Shown piece by piece: positions 39,330 through 48,545 of a stretch of 64,000 nt of DNA. How positions within the stretch are numbered: position 1 is the stretch's first letter; each line of letters begins with the position of its first letter. This DNA is from a virus (lineage: Duplodnaviria; Caudoviricetes). The DNA lies in the IMG/VR virus record IMGVR_UViG_3300043466_001519, positions 49,986 through 113,985 of that record; one strand, written 5' to 3'. Below the pieces are notes generated by a model. That model searched no databases. It was not told the origin of the DNA and saw only the letters and a program-made list of their open reading frames with translations. Position numbers and translations under genes: made by a program.

Positions 39330-39921
39330 ACTAAGCTATTTAGTTATAATCGTATTAGTTGTTATAATCATTTTACAAAGAAGCTGTAGTGAAAAACATG
39401 TAAACGATGTTTCTGTTAAAACAGACACCATTTGGAAACATACTCACGATACTGTATATAAAGATGTCAAGATAGTTGAAAAGATTTTTATTAAACCTGA
39501 AAACGTAAATTATTATCCAGGAGAAACAATAGACACTTGTAAGGCTAGATTTCAAAATCTTTTAAAAGAACATTTGGTAAGAACTGTTTATTCTGATACA
39601 TTGAAATTAGATAGTCTTGGTACCATAGTGGTTAGAGACACTGTTTGGATAAACAAACTTTACGGTAAAAGATCTTATACTAAAAATTATAAGATTCCTC
39701 AAGTTACAAAAACAATCACTATTACTAAACAAGAAGAACCTAAAAGACAATTGTATGTAGGTCTTAATGCTTTTGCTAATAGAAATGATATAACAGCATT
39801 CAGTCCTGGATTTATATATAAGACAAAAAAAGATCAAATATATCAAGCATCTGTTGGTGTTAGTTTTGATGGAACTGTCACTTATGGATTTGGTACGTAT
39901 TGGAAAATTAAAATCAAATAA
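39310..39921 (+). CDS. putative spanin-like lipoprotein
   Basis: Hydrophobic N-terminus ending LQRSC (lipobox-like); amphipathic beta-strand C-terminus; between holin and endolysin. Confidence 0.5.
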   Translation: MLLNKIKLSYLVIIVLVVIIILQRSCSEKHVNDVSVKTDTIWKHTHDTVYKDVKIVEKIFIKPENVNYYPGETIDTCKARFQNLLKEHLVRTVYSDTLKLDSLGTIVVRDTVWINKLYGKRSYTKNYKIPQVTKTITITKQEEPKRQLYVGLNAFANRNDITAFSPGFIYKTKKDQIYQASVGVSFDGTVTYGFGTYWKIKIK

Positions 39922-39923
39922 TA

Positions 39924-40352
39924 ATGGTAACAAGTGCTCAGTGTTTAAAAAAGTGGGGTGACCCAACTGTTACAACCAACGAGTTAAAATATATGACTGT
40001 ATGGGATGTACCTGCTCATTTAGAGATAGGTGTGATACCAAAGAAGTTATATTGTAACAAAGAGATGATTGGTCCATTAATGCAAGCGTTCTCTAATATA
40101 ATAGATAGAGGACTTATAAATGAACTAAAGACATGGGATGGATGTTTCAATGTAAGAAAGAAAAGAGGTCTTAATTCATTATCTTTACACTCGTGGGGAA
40201 TAGCTATTGATATAAACGCAGCATGGAATGGATTAGGTAAAACACCTACAATGTCTGCTAAATTAGTAAAGTGCTTCACTGATGCAGGATTTGAATGGGG
40301 AGGCACATGGACACGTAAAGATGGAATGCATTTTCAATTAAATAGAATATAA
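39924..40352 (+). CDS. endolysin, M15 family peptidase
   Basis: R...SLHSWGIAIDIN and WGG.W...DGMHFQ motifs. Confidence 0.9.
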   Translation: MVTSAQCLKKWGDPTVTTNELKYMTVWDVPAHLEIGVIPKKLYCNKEMIGPLMQAFSNIIDRGLINELKTWDGCFNVRKKRGLNSLSLHSWGIAIDINAAWNGLGKTPTMSAKLVKCFTDAGFEWGGTWTRKDGMHFQLNRI

Positions 40353-40489
40353 TGGCAAAACAAACCAATACAGTAGAGAAAACATTTAAACCTAAGAAAA
40401 GTAGACCAGGTGTACATGCTAAATCTCAAACATCTTCTCTAAAAAGTTCTAAGAATTATAAGAAACTTTATAGAGGACAAGGTAGATAA
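40352..40489 (+). CDS. small basic protein (45 aa, ends YRGQGR)
   Basis: Not in ORF track; MAKQTNTVEKTFKPKKSRPGVHAK...YKKLYRGQGR*; TAATG coupling. Confidence 0.7.
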   Translation: MAKQTNTVEKTFKPKKSRPGVHAKSQTSSLKSSKNYKKLYRGQGR

Positions 40490-40575
40490 TCAAACTAGTT
40501 AGACTTGTTCTAACTATTTTTGTTATTTTAGTTTAATAAAAAACACTTAAACATAGTGAAAAATACTTATTTTTG
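40487..40575 (+). promoter_or_regulatory. promoter with two quasi-palindromic sites
   Basis: TAATCAAACTAGTTA 40487-40501, TAACTATTTTTGTTA 40511-40525, TATTTTTG 40568-40575. Confidence 0.55.
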
Positions 40576-40598
40576 TATAACAATAAAAAATTTAACTT

Positions 40599-41123
40599 AT
40601 GGCAATACCATCTAGACAGATAGGTTGGGGAACAGACTCTAATTTATTATGGCAAATATCAAAACAATTAGAATATTTAACAAAGGTTACTGGAACTGCA
40701 TCAGATGTAACGGTAATTAATGATGGATCACATCCAGTTCCTGTAACTGTAGAAAATACAGTTAATATTGTAGATATAAACACTACAAAACCTTTCAAAC
40801 ATATTTCATTAGCTTCAACTAATGCCACTGTAATAAATCCACAACAAGCAAAATTATATGTTGTTTCAGCTATTGGACTTACAAGTACAGTTAGATATTT
40901 GAAATTTTATGATAGTGCTGTTGCTCCAACAGTAGGAACAGATGTTCCAGTGTTTACTATTCCAGTTCCAGCAAATACTCAAGGAGCAGGTATTGTAATA
41001 CCTTTTAACATTCCTATTGATTTTAGTGATGGTTTATCATTTGCTATTACAAGTGGTAGTGCAGATAGTGATACAGGTGCTGTAGGAGCAGGAGATGTGA
41101 TTGTTAATTTAACTTACGCATAA
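40599..41123 (+). CDS. putative virion accessory/fibre protein
   Basis: MAIPSRQIGW..LLWQI.KQL N-terminal module plus beta-rich domain. Confidence 0.6.
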   Translation: MAIPSRQIGWGTDSNLLWQISKQLEYLTKVTGTASDVTVINDGSHPVPVTVENTVNIVDINTTKPFKHISLASTNATVINPQQAKLYVVSAIGLTSTVRYLKFYDSAVAPTVGTDVPVFTIPVPANTQGAGIVIPFNIPIDFSDGLSFAITSGSADSDTGAVGAGDVIVNLTYA

Positions 41124-41124
41124 T

Positions 41125-41901
41125 ATGTTAACATTATTAGGAGCAGGACAAGGACAAAATGGAGTAGCATTTGATACAGATTATCAAGCTGTATTGAATA
41201 GAGCTACTGTGCTTGGATATACATTACCTTCTGCTTCTCAAAGAATAAAACAAAATGCTTTAGTTTTATCTTTAAAAGCAGGTGATATATGGACTAAACT
41301 TGATGTACTATATATTTTTGCAAATGATGGAGGTAGCAATTTTGGAACGTTAAATTGGAAAGCACCTACATTAAACCAAGCAACTTTAATTAATTCTCCA
41401 ACTTTTACAGCTAATCAAGGATTACAAGGTAATGGAACAAGTAGTTATATTGATACCAATTTTAATGCGGTTACTCAAGGAGTTAATTATGTTCAGAATG
41501 ATGCAAGTAGATATTTATATTTATATACCGCAAGTGGAACTGGAGCTTTAGATGGTAAATCAGTCGCTTCTATTAATAATATGACAAGAGCTTCAACTGG
41601 CAATCAAAGAATTAATCAAGGCACAACTTCATTGACTGGTGGTGCGTTTGATTTTACAGCTATTCAAGGAATGAAATCAATACATCGTACAAGTTCAACA
41701 AATGTTGAATTGTTTAATGGTACAACGCAAGGAAGTAGAACAGCAAATTCTGCAAGTATGAATAGTAATAATCAATTTGTTTTACGTTCTGGTTCAGTAT
41801 ATGGTGGTCATAGAGTATCTATGTATGCAAATGGTGCTTCTTTGGTAGCTGAAAATACAGCTTTTGTAAATGCGTTTAACACTTATATAACTTCTTTATA
41901 A
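41125..41901 (+). CDS. putative virion protein with LamG/ConA-like beta-sandwich
   Basis: GNGTSSYIDTNF motif; beta-rich, Asn/Thr/Gly-rich. Confidence 0.5.
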   Translation: MLTLLGAGQGQNGVAFDTDYQAVLNRATVLGYTLPSASQRIKQNALVLSLKAGDIWTKLDVLYIFANDGGSNFGTLNWKAPTLNQATLINSPTFTANQGLQGNGTSSYIDTNFNAVTQGVNYVQNDASRYLYLYTASGTGALDGKSVASINNMTRASTGNQRINQGTTSLTGGAFDFTAIQGMKSIHRTSSTNVELFNGTTQGSRTANSASMNSNNQFVLRSGSVYGGHRVSMYANGASLVAENTAFVNAFNTYITSL

Positions 41902-41902
41902 T

Positions 41903-42106
41903 ATGTTAGTACTACACCCAAATACAGAACAATATACCGCTTTGAATGGGTATAAAAACAACGCTTCTGAATTACTATTTGTAAAAGATGGTAGCAATAG
42001 GTGGATAGTTGGTCTTGAAGTTTTAAACGATCCAAACTTTTTAGAAATTTACGACCAACTTAATGAGTTAGAAAGGATTGAATATACACCTTTCCCAGAA
42101 AACTAA
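41903..42106 (+). CDS. hypothetical protein
   Basis: 67-aa ORF tightly coupled to the upstream gene. Confidence 0.65.
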   Translation: MLVLHPNTEQYTALNGYKNNASELLFVKDGSNRWIVGLEVLNDPNFLEIYDQLNELERIEYTPFPEN

Positions 42107-42145
42107 TAACCACATAACAATAAAATATAATAAACCAACTACATT

Positions 42146-43162
42146 ATGAAAGATTTAAAATTTGTTCAATGTTGTCCAAGTGACATCTATTACACATGGC
42201 AAGTAAACTTATGGATGGAAAGTCTAAAAGAGATAGGACATTCTGACAAAGCAATCAATCTTATATTCACTCCTAAAGGAAGAGAGAATAGAGATAAGTG
42301 GAAACAAATTGAAGAGTTGTATCCAGAAGCTGAATTTCATTTCTATGAAGATGAAGACAACTTAAATAGATTAATAGGAATATACATTCCTGTACTTAGA
42401 CCATATGTTCTTTGGAAACATTTTAAGAAACATCCAGAACTAAGTGAGAAAGCAATCTTCTATTGTGATTCTGACATTCTATTTATGAAAGACTTTAATG
42501 TAGATCAGTTTTTAGAAGATGATATAAACTATCTATCAGACACAAATAGCTACATCAACGCTAAATATTTTGATAGTAAGATACATCAAGTGTTACCAGA
42601 GAAACTAGAAGAGTATAAAGGTAGAGATGTTCTTGCAGAAATAGCAAGTGTTATTGGAATTAGTAGAGAGATAGCTGAAGCTAATAATGATCATTCAGGA
42701 GGAGCACAATATTTATTAAAGAATGTAGATGCTGATTTCTGGAGTAAGGTGATGAATGATTGTATTCTTATAAGAACCTATTTACAAAAGATAAATAGAG
42801 AATTCTTTAAAGATGAAAACTCAGGGTTTCAAAGTTGGTGTGCAGATATGTGGGCTGTCTTATGGAACATCTGGTTAAGAGATCAAGAGACAAAAGTGGT
42901 GAGAGAATTAGATTTTGCATGGGCAACAGATCCTATTGTAAAATTAGAGTCTCACACAATCTTTCATAACGCAGGAATAGTTTCTGAAACAGGAAATGGA
43001 TACCCAGCTTTCTATAAAGGTAAATACCACATGGGAACTGATCCAACAAAAGATCCATATTTAGAAACTGTATTGAATGATGAGAATTCTAAAAAGTTTT
43101 GTACGTGGTTTTATGCCACTAAGCTAAACGAAATAAAAGAAAAATATAACCTAAACTATTAA
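42146..43162 (+). CDS. GT-A glycosyltransferase, HPAT/SRGT1 (GT95/GT96)-like peptidyl O-glycosyltransferase
   Basis: YYTWQ, YIPVLRPY.L..H, YCDSDILF (DxD), SWCADMWA and FHNAG occur in the order of plant HPAT/SRGT1 motifs. Confidence 0.65.
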   Translation: MKDLKFVQCCPSDIYYTWQVNLWMESLKEIGHSDKAINLIFTPKGRENRDKWKQIEELYPEAEFHFYEDEDNLNRLIGIYIPVLRPYVLWKHFKKHPELSEKAIFYCDSDILFMKDFNVDQFLEDDINYLSDTNSYINAKYFDSKIHQVLPEKLEEYKGRDVLAEIASVIGISREIAEANNDHSGGAQYLLKNVDADFWSKVMNDCILIRTYLQKINREFFKDENSGFQSWCADMWAVLWNIWLRDQETKVVRELDFAWATDPIVKLESHTIFHNAGIVSETGNGYPAFYKGKYHMGTDPTKDPYLETVLNDENSKKFCTWFYATKLNEIKEKYNLNY

Positions 43163-43184
43163 CCATAAATTAAAAAAAGAAAAA

Positions 43185-43394
43185 ATGGGAAGCATTAATT
43201 CAAGACCTTTAAAGGCTTATGTTAGATTCGATGGATCTGGCAGAATAGTTGCAGGAAGCTTAATCCTTAGAAAAAATAAGCCAAAAGTAGGAAAATGGAA
43301 AGAGATTCCAGCATATGAGTGTTGTAATTATACTACTACCACTACTACCACTATAGCTCCTACAACAACAACTACTACAACTAGTATTGTTTAA
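43185..43394 (+). CDS. small protein: VRFDGSGR module plus poly-Thr tail
   Basis: LKAYVRFDGSGRIVAGSLIL..KPKVG.WKEI..YECCNY then Thr tracts. Confidence 0.8.
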   Translation: MGSINSRPLKAYVRFDGSGRIVAGSLILRKNKPKVGKWKEIPAYECCNYTTTTTTTIAPTTTTTTTSIV

Positions 43395-43404
43395 ATTTTA
43401 TAAT

Positions 43405-44937
43405 ATGGCAACTAATAAAAGAAATTTAAAAGCTTTTGTAAGATTTGATGGTTCAGGTAGAGTTATACCTGGATCATTAATTTTACAACGCCATAAACCT
43501 AAAGTTGGAAATTGGAAAGAGATTCAAACATATGAGTGTTGTAATTATACACCTACAACCACCACTACAACAACTCCAAGATTTTTTCCTAGAGAATATT
43601 GTGTATGGTCTACAAATTTTTTAGAAACATCAGAATATAATTTAGCTACAAATAACATTTATAATGTTTCTATAGATAATGATTTTACAGGAGTTGTAGG
43701 TATGACATCTACATCTACAAAATTATGGAAACGTGATTTAGCTACCAAGTATATTAGAGAATGGTTTATAAATTCTTATCCTGCTTCTCTTACATATAAT
43801 AGAGAAATAAGATATAGTATTTTTGATAATGTTATACTTAACAATGTTATAGTAGCAATAGATAATAATACTATTGTTAGTACAAGAAATATTTCGAATG
43901 AGACTTATCCAAATGGAATTCCTGGAGCAGTGTCTTTGGTAAAATATGATATATCTACAAGTTATGCAGGATATGGAACTAATGTATTTTCTATAATTGC
44001 AACACATAATGCATCATCGATAATATATACTACAGATAATAAATTTATAATTGTTGCATCTAGATTGATTGATGATGTTCCTACATTTTATTTAACTCAA
44101 TACTCTTATCCAGATGGATTAAAAGAAGTAGATATTAGTTTAGAATCAATATCATTTAATCCTTCAGCAACTGAGTTAAATATTAATGTAATTACATATA
44201 ATAATGAAATTTATCTCATAAGAAACAATGATAGTTCTTTATTCAAAATAGAAACTACTTATCCATATAATATAACAGAGGTTACCTCTGATTTAGGTTG
44301 GGAAGAAATTAGAGTGTTTCATTCCTCAACTGGAGAATGTAATAATGTTAGTTTCACACCTAGACTTCCTCAATGTGGTACAACTATTCCACAACAAGGA
44401 GAAACATTTACTTATTTTGGAGTGACAGGAACTGTTACAACACTTAGTGGAGGTATAGCAAACTTCTCATATCTTGCCCAAGGATATTTTGCAGAGTGTT
44501 CAGGATTGTGGCAACCTCCATATAGTTGGATTGCAATTAGCCCAGCACCTTCTACAATTGTATTAACATTTGATAGTCCTATAAATGATGTAGCTATTGT
44601 ACTTAGTATATTAAATCTTGGAGATAATTTTACTATTACAACAAATACAGAAATTCCTTCTATAACTATGTCAAATAGTTGTTATGCAAGTGTTTCTGGT
44701 AATCAAATAATAAGTGAACCAAGTATTTCATCTAATGGAGGAAGCGGACAATTTGTAATTACTTCTATTACCCCTTATACAGTTTTAACTATACAAGCTA
44801 CAAGTGGTGGAAATGGTGGTCCTATTGGATTAAGTTGTGATCCTAATGCTCCAACTACTACCTCAACAACAAGTAGTACAACAACATTGGCTCCAACAGG
44901 ATTTAATACAATTTATACACATTTTGAAAGTTTATAA
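43405..44937 (+). CDS. VRFDGSGR-module protein with Thr linkers and beta-rich passenger domains
   Basis: Paralogous N-terminus to ORF 43185; ATG 43405; Thr tracts near both ends. Confidence 0.75.
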   Translation: MATNKRNLKAFVRFDGSGRVIPGSLILQRHKPKVGNWKEIQTYECCNYTPTTTTTTTPRFFPREYCVWSTNFLETSEYNLATNNIYNVSIDNDFTGVVGMTSTSTKLWKRDLATKYIREWFINSYPASLTYNREIRYSIFDNVILNNVIVAIDNNTIVSTRNISNETYPNGIPGAVSLVKYDISTSYAGYGTNVFSIIATHNASSIIYTTDNKFIIVASRLIDDVPTFYLTQYSYPDGLKEVDISLESISFNPSATELNINVITYNNEIYLIRNNDSSLFKIETTYPYNITEVTSDLGWEEIRVFHSSTGECNNVSFTPRLPQCGTTIPQQGETFTYFGVTGTVTTLSGGIANFSYLAQGYFAECSGLWQPPYSWIAISPAPSTIVLTFDSPINDVAIVLSILNLGDNFTITTNTEIPSITMSNSCYASVSGNQIISEPSISSNGGSGQFVITSITPYTVLTIQATSGGNGGPIGLSCDPNAPTTTSTTSSTTTLAPTGFNTIYTHFESL

Positions 44938-44939
44938 TT

Positions 44940-46193
44940 ATGAATATTGAAGATATAAAATTAAAGGTACAAGAGTTAGCAATATCCACTCCTAACATCA
45001 ATAGTATATCATATGGATATAAATTTGTTGGAGGTGAACAAACTGATGAACTTTGTATAATGTATGGTGTTGAACAGAAAAAACCTCTTTCTGAATTATC
45101 TGATGACGAAATTTTACCTAGTGAAATAGCAATAGGAGAAAATGTATTAAAAACAGATGTATTTGAAGTGGGTGTAGCAGAACAATTAGCTTGTAATGCA
45201 TATTGTGGACAAATTGCTGGGCCTAATTCAGCAGTTAATAGAGCCTTTACAAGACCATTGAAAGGTGGTTTATCAATTACATCAACTAATAATATTTCCA
45301 CTGTAGGTACACTTGGATTTATAGGTGTACATTCAGAAACACAAACATTAGTAGGTGTTACTAATAATCACGTAATTATCCAAGATGCTTTTTATACATC
45401 AGAAAGAAATTTATATGACGTTATTGGTAATGAATATTCTCCTATAGATTATGTATACCAAAATGGTGAGAGTGGAACAATTCCTACAAATCCTGCATAT
45501 ACAATTGGACAATCTTTAAGATATGTTCCTATTTCAAAAAATAACATTAATTACGTAGATGGTGCAATATTTTCTTTAGAAGCTGATGATGTAAATATTG
45601 AAACATCGTATCAACAAGTTGGAGCTAGTGATTATACACTTCCTCTTCCATTTGCTACTACAGAAGAAATTGATAATCTGTTATCTACAAACCCAATGTT
45701 ATATAGTTCTGGAAGAACTACAGGACCTAAAGGTGGAAGTTCTTGTCCAATGAGAGTTTTTGCTTTATTTTCAGCAACAATATTAGCATATAACTTACAA
45801 GGAGTTCCTACAATTTGTCAGTTTCTTGATCAAATAACATTTGTAAAACCTGAAAATGATCCAAGTTTAACAACTATTTGTTCTAATCCTATTTATTCAG
45901 GAGATTCAGGGTCTGCATTAATTGCTGATTTTGATGGAACTAGAAAAATAATAGGACTTGTATATGCATCAGGAAGTGTAGGAGGTATTATTTACTATGG
46001 GTATGCAAATAGGATTGATAGAGTGGCATCAGAATTAGGAATAGAAGCTTGGAATGGTACAGCTAAAGGATATGTAGATCCAACATCTATTACATACAAA
46101 ACTACATATAATGGTAGTTCAAATAAAACAATAACTTGTGAAGATAAAACATATTGGCAAGTGGGGTTAACTACATTAGATAATCCTTGTTAA
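44940..46193 (+). CDS. trypsin-like serine protease (Nal1-like)
   Basis: Catalytic triad motifs TNNHV, VDGA, GDSGS; GRTTG; Nal1-type N-terminal domain. Confidence 0.85.
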   Translation: MNIEDIKLKVQELAISTPNINSISYGYKFVGGEQTDELCIMYGVEQKKPLSELSDDEILPSEIAIGENVLKTDVFEVGVAEQLACNAYCGQIAGPNSAVNRAFTRPLKGGLSITSTNNISTVGTLGFIGVHSETQTLVGVTNNHVIIQDAFYTSERNLYDVIGNEYSPIDYVYQNGESGTIPTNPAYTIGQSLRYVPISKNNINYVDGAIFSLEADDVNIETSYQQVGASDYTLPLPFATTEEIDNLLSTNPMLYSSGRTTGPKGGSSCPMRVFALFSATILAYNLQGVPTICQFLDQITFVKPENDPSLTTICSNPIYSGDSGSALIADFDGTRKIIGLVYASGSVGGIIYYGYANRIDRVASELGIEAWNGTAKGYVDPTSITYKTTYNGSSNKTITCEDKTYWQVGLTTLDNPC

Positions 46194-46218
46194 AACTAAC
46201 TTAAATATAAATTATAAA

Positions 46219-46632
46219 ATGGCATTATCATTATTTCCAGATGAAATAAAAAATAAAATGGCTAGTAGCGAGCTCTCATTAGAGAGCATTGCTGCTAAGC
46301 TTACTTATTTTCATGAACAATTACATCTGCTACATTGGCAAACAACTAGCTATGCAGAACATCAAGCTACAGGAGCATTGTACGATTATGTACATGATTT
46401 TAAAGATGGACTAATTGAAAAGATTATGGGGTATACAGGTAAAAGACCTGGCCCATATAAGATAGAACCTCTTATAAATTGCAAACCTGAACAATGTGTA
46501 TCAGATCTTATGAAGTTTGCATCAAGTTTAAAGATGTATGGTGAGAAGAATGGTTTCCATGATGTATGTAATCTAGCAGATGCACTATCAGGAGAAGCGG
46601 CTAAAACTAAATATCTATTAACATTGTCGTAA
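46219..46632 (+). CDS. ferritin/Dps-like four-helix protein (DUF5856-like)
   Basis: LHLLHWQT.SYAEH.A...YD....D.LIE...G; ends KYLLTL. Confidence 0.75.
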   Translation: MALSLFPDEIKNKMASSELSLESIAAKLTYFHEQLHLLHWQTTSYAEHQATGALYDYVHDFKDGLIEKIMGYTGKRPGPYKIEPLINCKPEQCVSDLMKFASSLKMYGEKNGFHDVCNLADALSGEAAKTKYLLTLS

Positions 46633-46925
46633 TGGAGATAAACAGAAAACATTTTCCTAAAGTGATGCAAGATAACGATGAGGTTTTTCTTGCACACTTA
46701 GAAGGTGTAATATCTTCTGTAGATGAACTATGTAGTCTTGAAATAACAAAACTATCAGAGTCTTACAGATTCAGAATAGCAACAAGTCATCCAATGTATA
46801 ACAATATGCTTATAGAAGAAATTCTTAAGTTCTGTAACATGTTCAAAATAAGAGTGGACATGAGTAAATCAATTAAAACATCATCAGTGCTTTCTTTTAC
46901 TATAAGTATGGATTTAGACAAATAA
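46632..46925 (+). CDS. hypothetical protein
   Basis: 97-aa ORF, TAATG-coupled. Confidence 0.7.
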   Translation: MEINRKHFPKVMQDNDEVFLAHLEGVISSVDELCSLEITKLSESYRFRIATSHPMYNNMLIEEILKFCNMFKIRVDMSKSIKTSSVLSFTISMDLDK

Positions 46926-46929
46926 TTTA

Positions 46930-46961
46930 TTTGTTTTGTTTTATAATATTTAGTATATTTG
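46930..46961 (+). promoter_or_regulatory. Bacteroidota-type promoter
   Basis: TTTG-N20-TATATTTG. Confidence 0.7.
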
Positions 46962-46984
46962 TTCTTATAAAACAAATATACGTC

Positions 46985-47764
46985 ATGGAAGAAATTTGGA
47001 AACGGGTAGAAGGATTTGATAATTACTTTATCTCTAATTTAGGAAATGTTAAAAGTGTTAAATCAAACAAAGAAAAAATATTAAAACCTAATAATTATAA
47101 AAATTATCCTTCAGTAGTACTGTATAAAGATAAAGTTTCATATTGTAAGAAAATAAACAGTCTTGTTTGTCAAGCATTTTTAAACTACACACCTAATGCA
47201 CAACCAAAAAAAGTAATTTATCATAAGGATAATAATCCTATGAATCTCAATAGTGATAATTTAGAAGTAATATCTCAGAAAGAAAATAGAGATAGAATAT
47301 ATATAAAAAAGTATAATTGTGTAGTTGATATTGATTCTTATGAATATAGAAGAATAGCATATATTTTAAAAAGAGAAAAAATAACAAGGGAAGAGTTTTT
47401 TAAAAATAAAGATAAATATGATATTTCTAAAACTAGGAAAAAGCATCTTCATTTAGATTTATATAGTTCAGAATACTATAAAACAATTTGGTTAAAAAAG
47501 AAATATAAAATAACCTTAGAGGAATATAATGAAATGTTAAAGAAACAAAAAGGAGTTTGTGCAATTTGTGAAAATCCTGAGACAGCTATTAATAAAAAAA
47601 CAGGTCAAATTATTGATTTGGCTGTAGACCATAATCATTTAACAGGAGAAAACAGAGGACTTTTATGCAATTCTTGTAATAGAGGTTTAGGTTATTTTAA
47701 AGATAATGTTAAATATTTGAATAATGCTAAAAAATATATAAATAATAACAATAATCAAGCGTGA
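46985..47764 (+). CDS. NUMOD4-HNH plus endonuclease VII-type homing endonuclease
   Basis: MEEIWKRVEGF..Y.ISNLG (NUMOD4); HKDNN..N...NL; CAIC...LAVDHNH.TG..RGLLC..CN. Confidence 0.85.
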   Translation: MEEIWKRVEGFDNYFISNLGNVKSVKSNKEKILKPNNYKNYPSVVLYKDKVSYCKKINSLVCQAFLNYTPNAQPKKVIYHKDNNPMNLNSDNLEVISQKENRDRIYIKKYNCVVDIDSYEYRRIAYILKREKITREEFFKNKDKYDISKTRKKHLHLDLYSSEYYKTIWLKKKYKITLEEYNEMLKKQKGVCAICENPETAINKKTGQIIDLAVDHNHLTGENRGLLCNSCNRGLGYFKDNVKYLNNAKKYINNNNNQA

Positions 47765-47792
47765 TTACGTTTGAAATAAACTTAGAATAATT

Positions 47793-48479
47793 ATGCCTAC
47801 ATTTATTAAACCCACGCTTTGGGAAAAAAGAACAAATCCTGCACAAGGATATAGAGGAGAATTAAATCTTGATGAATTTGTAAATTCAAGAGTTGTTCCA
47901 GGTCCTCCTGGTCCTCAAGGACCTCCTGGAGATATTAATTCAACAGGTGGTAATATAGACACTCTTGGAGGTGTTGCAATGAGAACATTGTATTCAAAAA
48001 ACGATCCCATTGAATATAAAATAGAAGATGTATCTGTAGATTTATTAAAATCTAGTAAAGATTTTTTTGGTTCTAAAGAATTTCCGTTAGAATTTTTTGA
48101 AGATAGTGTAAATTATGATTCTAAAACTATACATTTTAGAATAACAGGTAAATGGGAAGATGAAGATGCTACTCCAGATGTAAGTATTTCAATTTTGTTT
48201 GGAGATGATATATTGTTTACAACAAATTTTACAGGAGCACAAGCAAATAATCATCCTGCAGAAATAATGGGTGAGATTATGTTTACAAAAGGAGATGCGT
48301 ATCCTTGTTGTTCTATGGGTTGGTGTGAAAACAATGGTACAATGAGAAGATGGGCTTTAAGCGAACCTACAGCAAGAGATGTGACAGCATTTCAAGGAGG
48401 AGAGTTAAAAGTGGTTATGAATTCAACTACTACTAATTCATTCACTTCTTACTTAGCATATGTTCAAGTGTGGAATTAA
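47793..48479 (+). CDS. putative structural protein with short collagen-like repeat
   Basis: GPPGPQGPPGD after N-terminal module; beta-rich C-terminal domain. Confidence 0.6.
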   Translation: MPTFIKPTLWEKRTNPAQGYRGELNLDEFVNSRVVPGPPGPQGPPGDINSTGGNIDTLGGVAMRTLYSKNDPIEYKIEDVSVDLLKSSKDFFGSKEFPLEFFEDSVNYDSKTIHFRITGKWEDEDATPDVSISILFGDDILFTTNFTGAQANNHPAEIMGEIMFTKGDAYPCCSMGWCENNGTMRRWALSEPTARDVTAFQGGELKVVMNSTTTNSFTSYLAYVQVWN

Positions 48480-48485
48480 AATACA

Positions 48486-48517
48486 TTTGGATCTCTAATA
48501 TATTTAGTATATATTTG
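48486..48517 (+). promoter_or_regulatory. Bacteroidota-type promoter
   Basis: TTTG-N20-TATATTTG. Confidence 0.7.
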
Positions 48518-48545
48518 TGACATAAATCAATAAACAATTTACATT

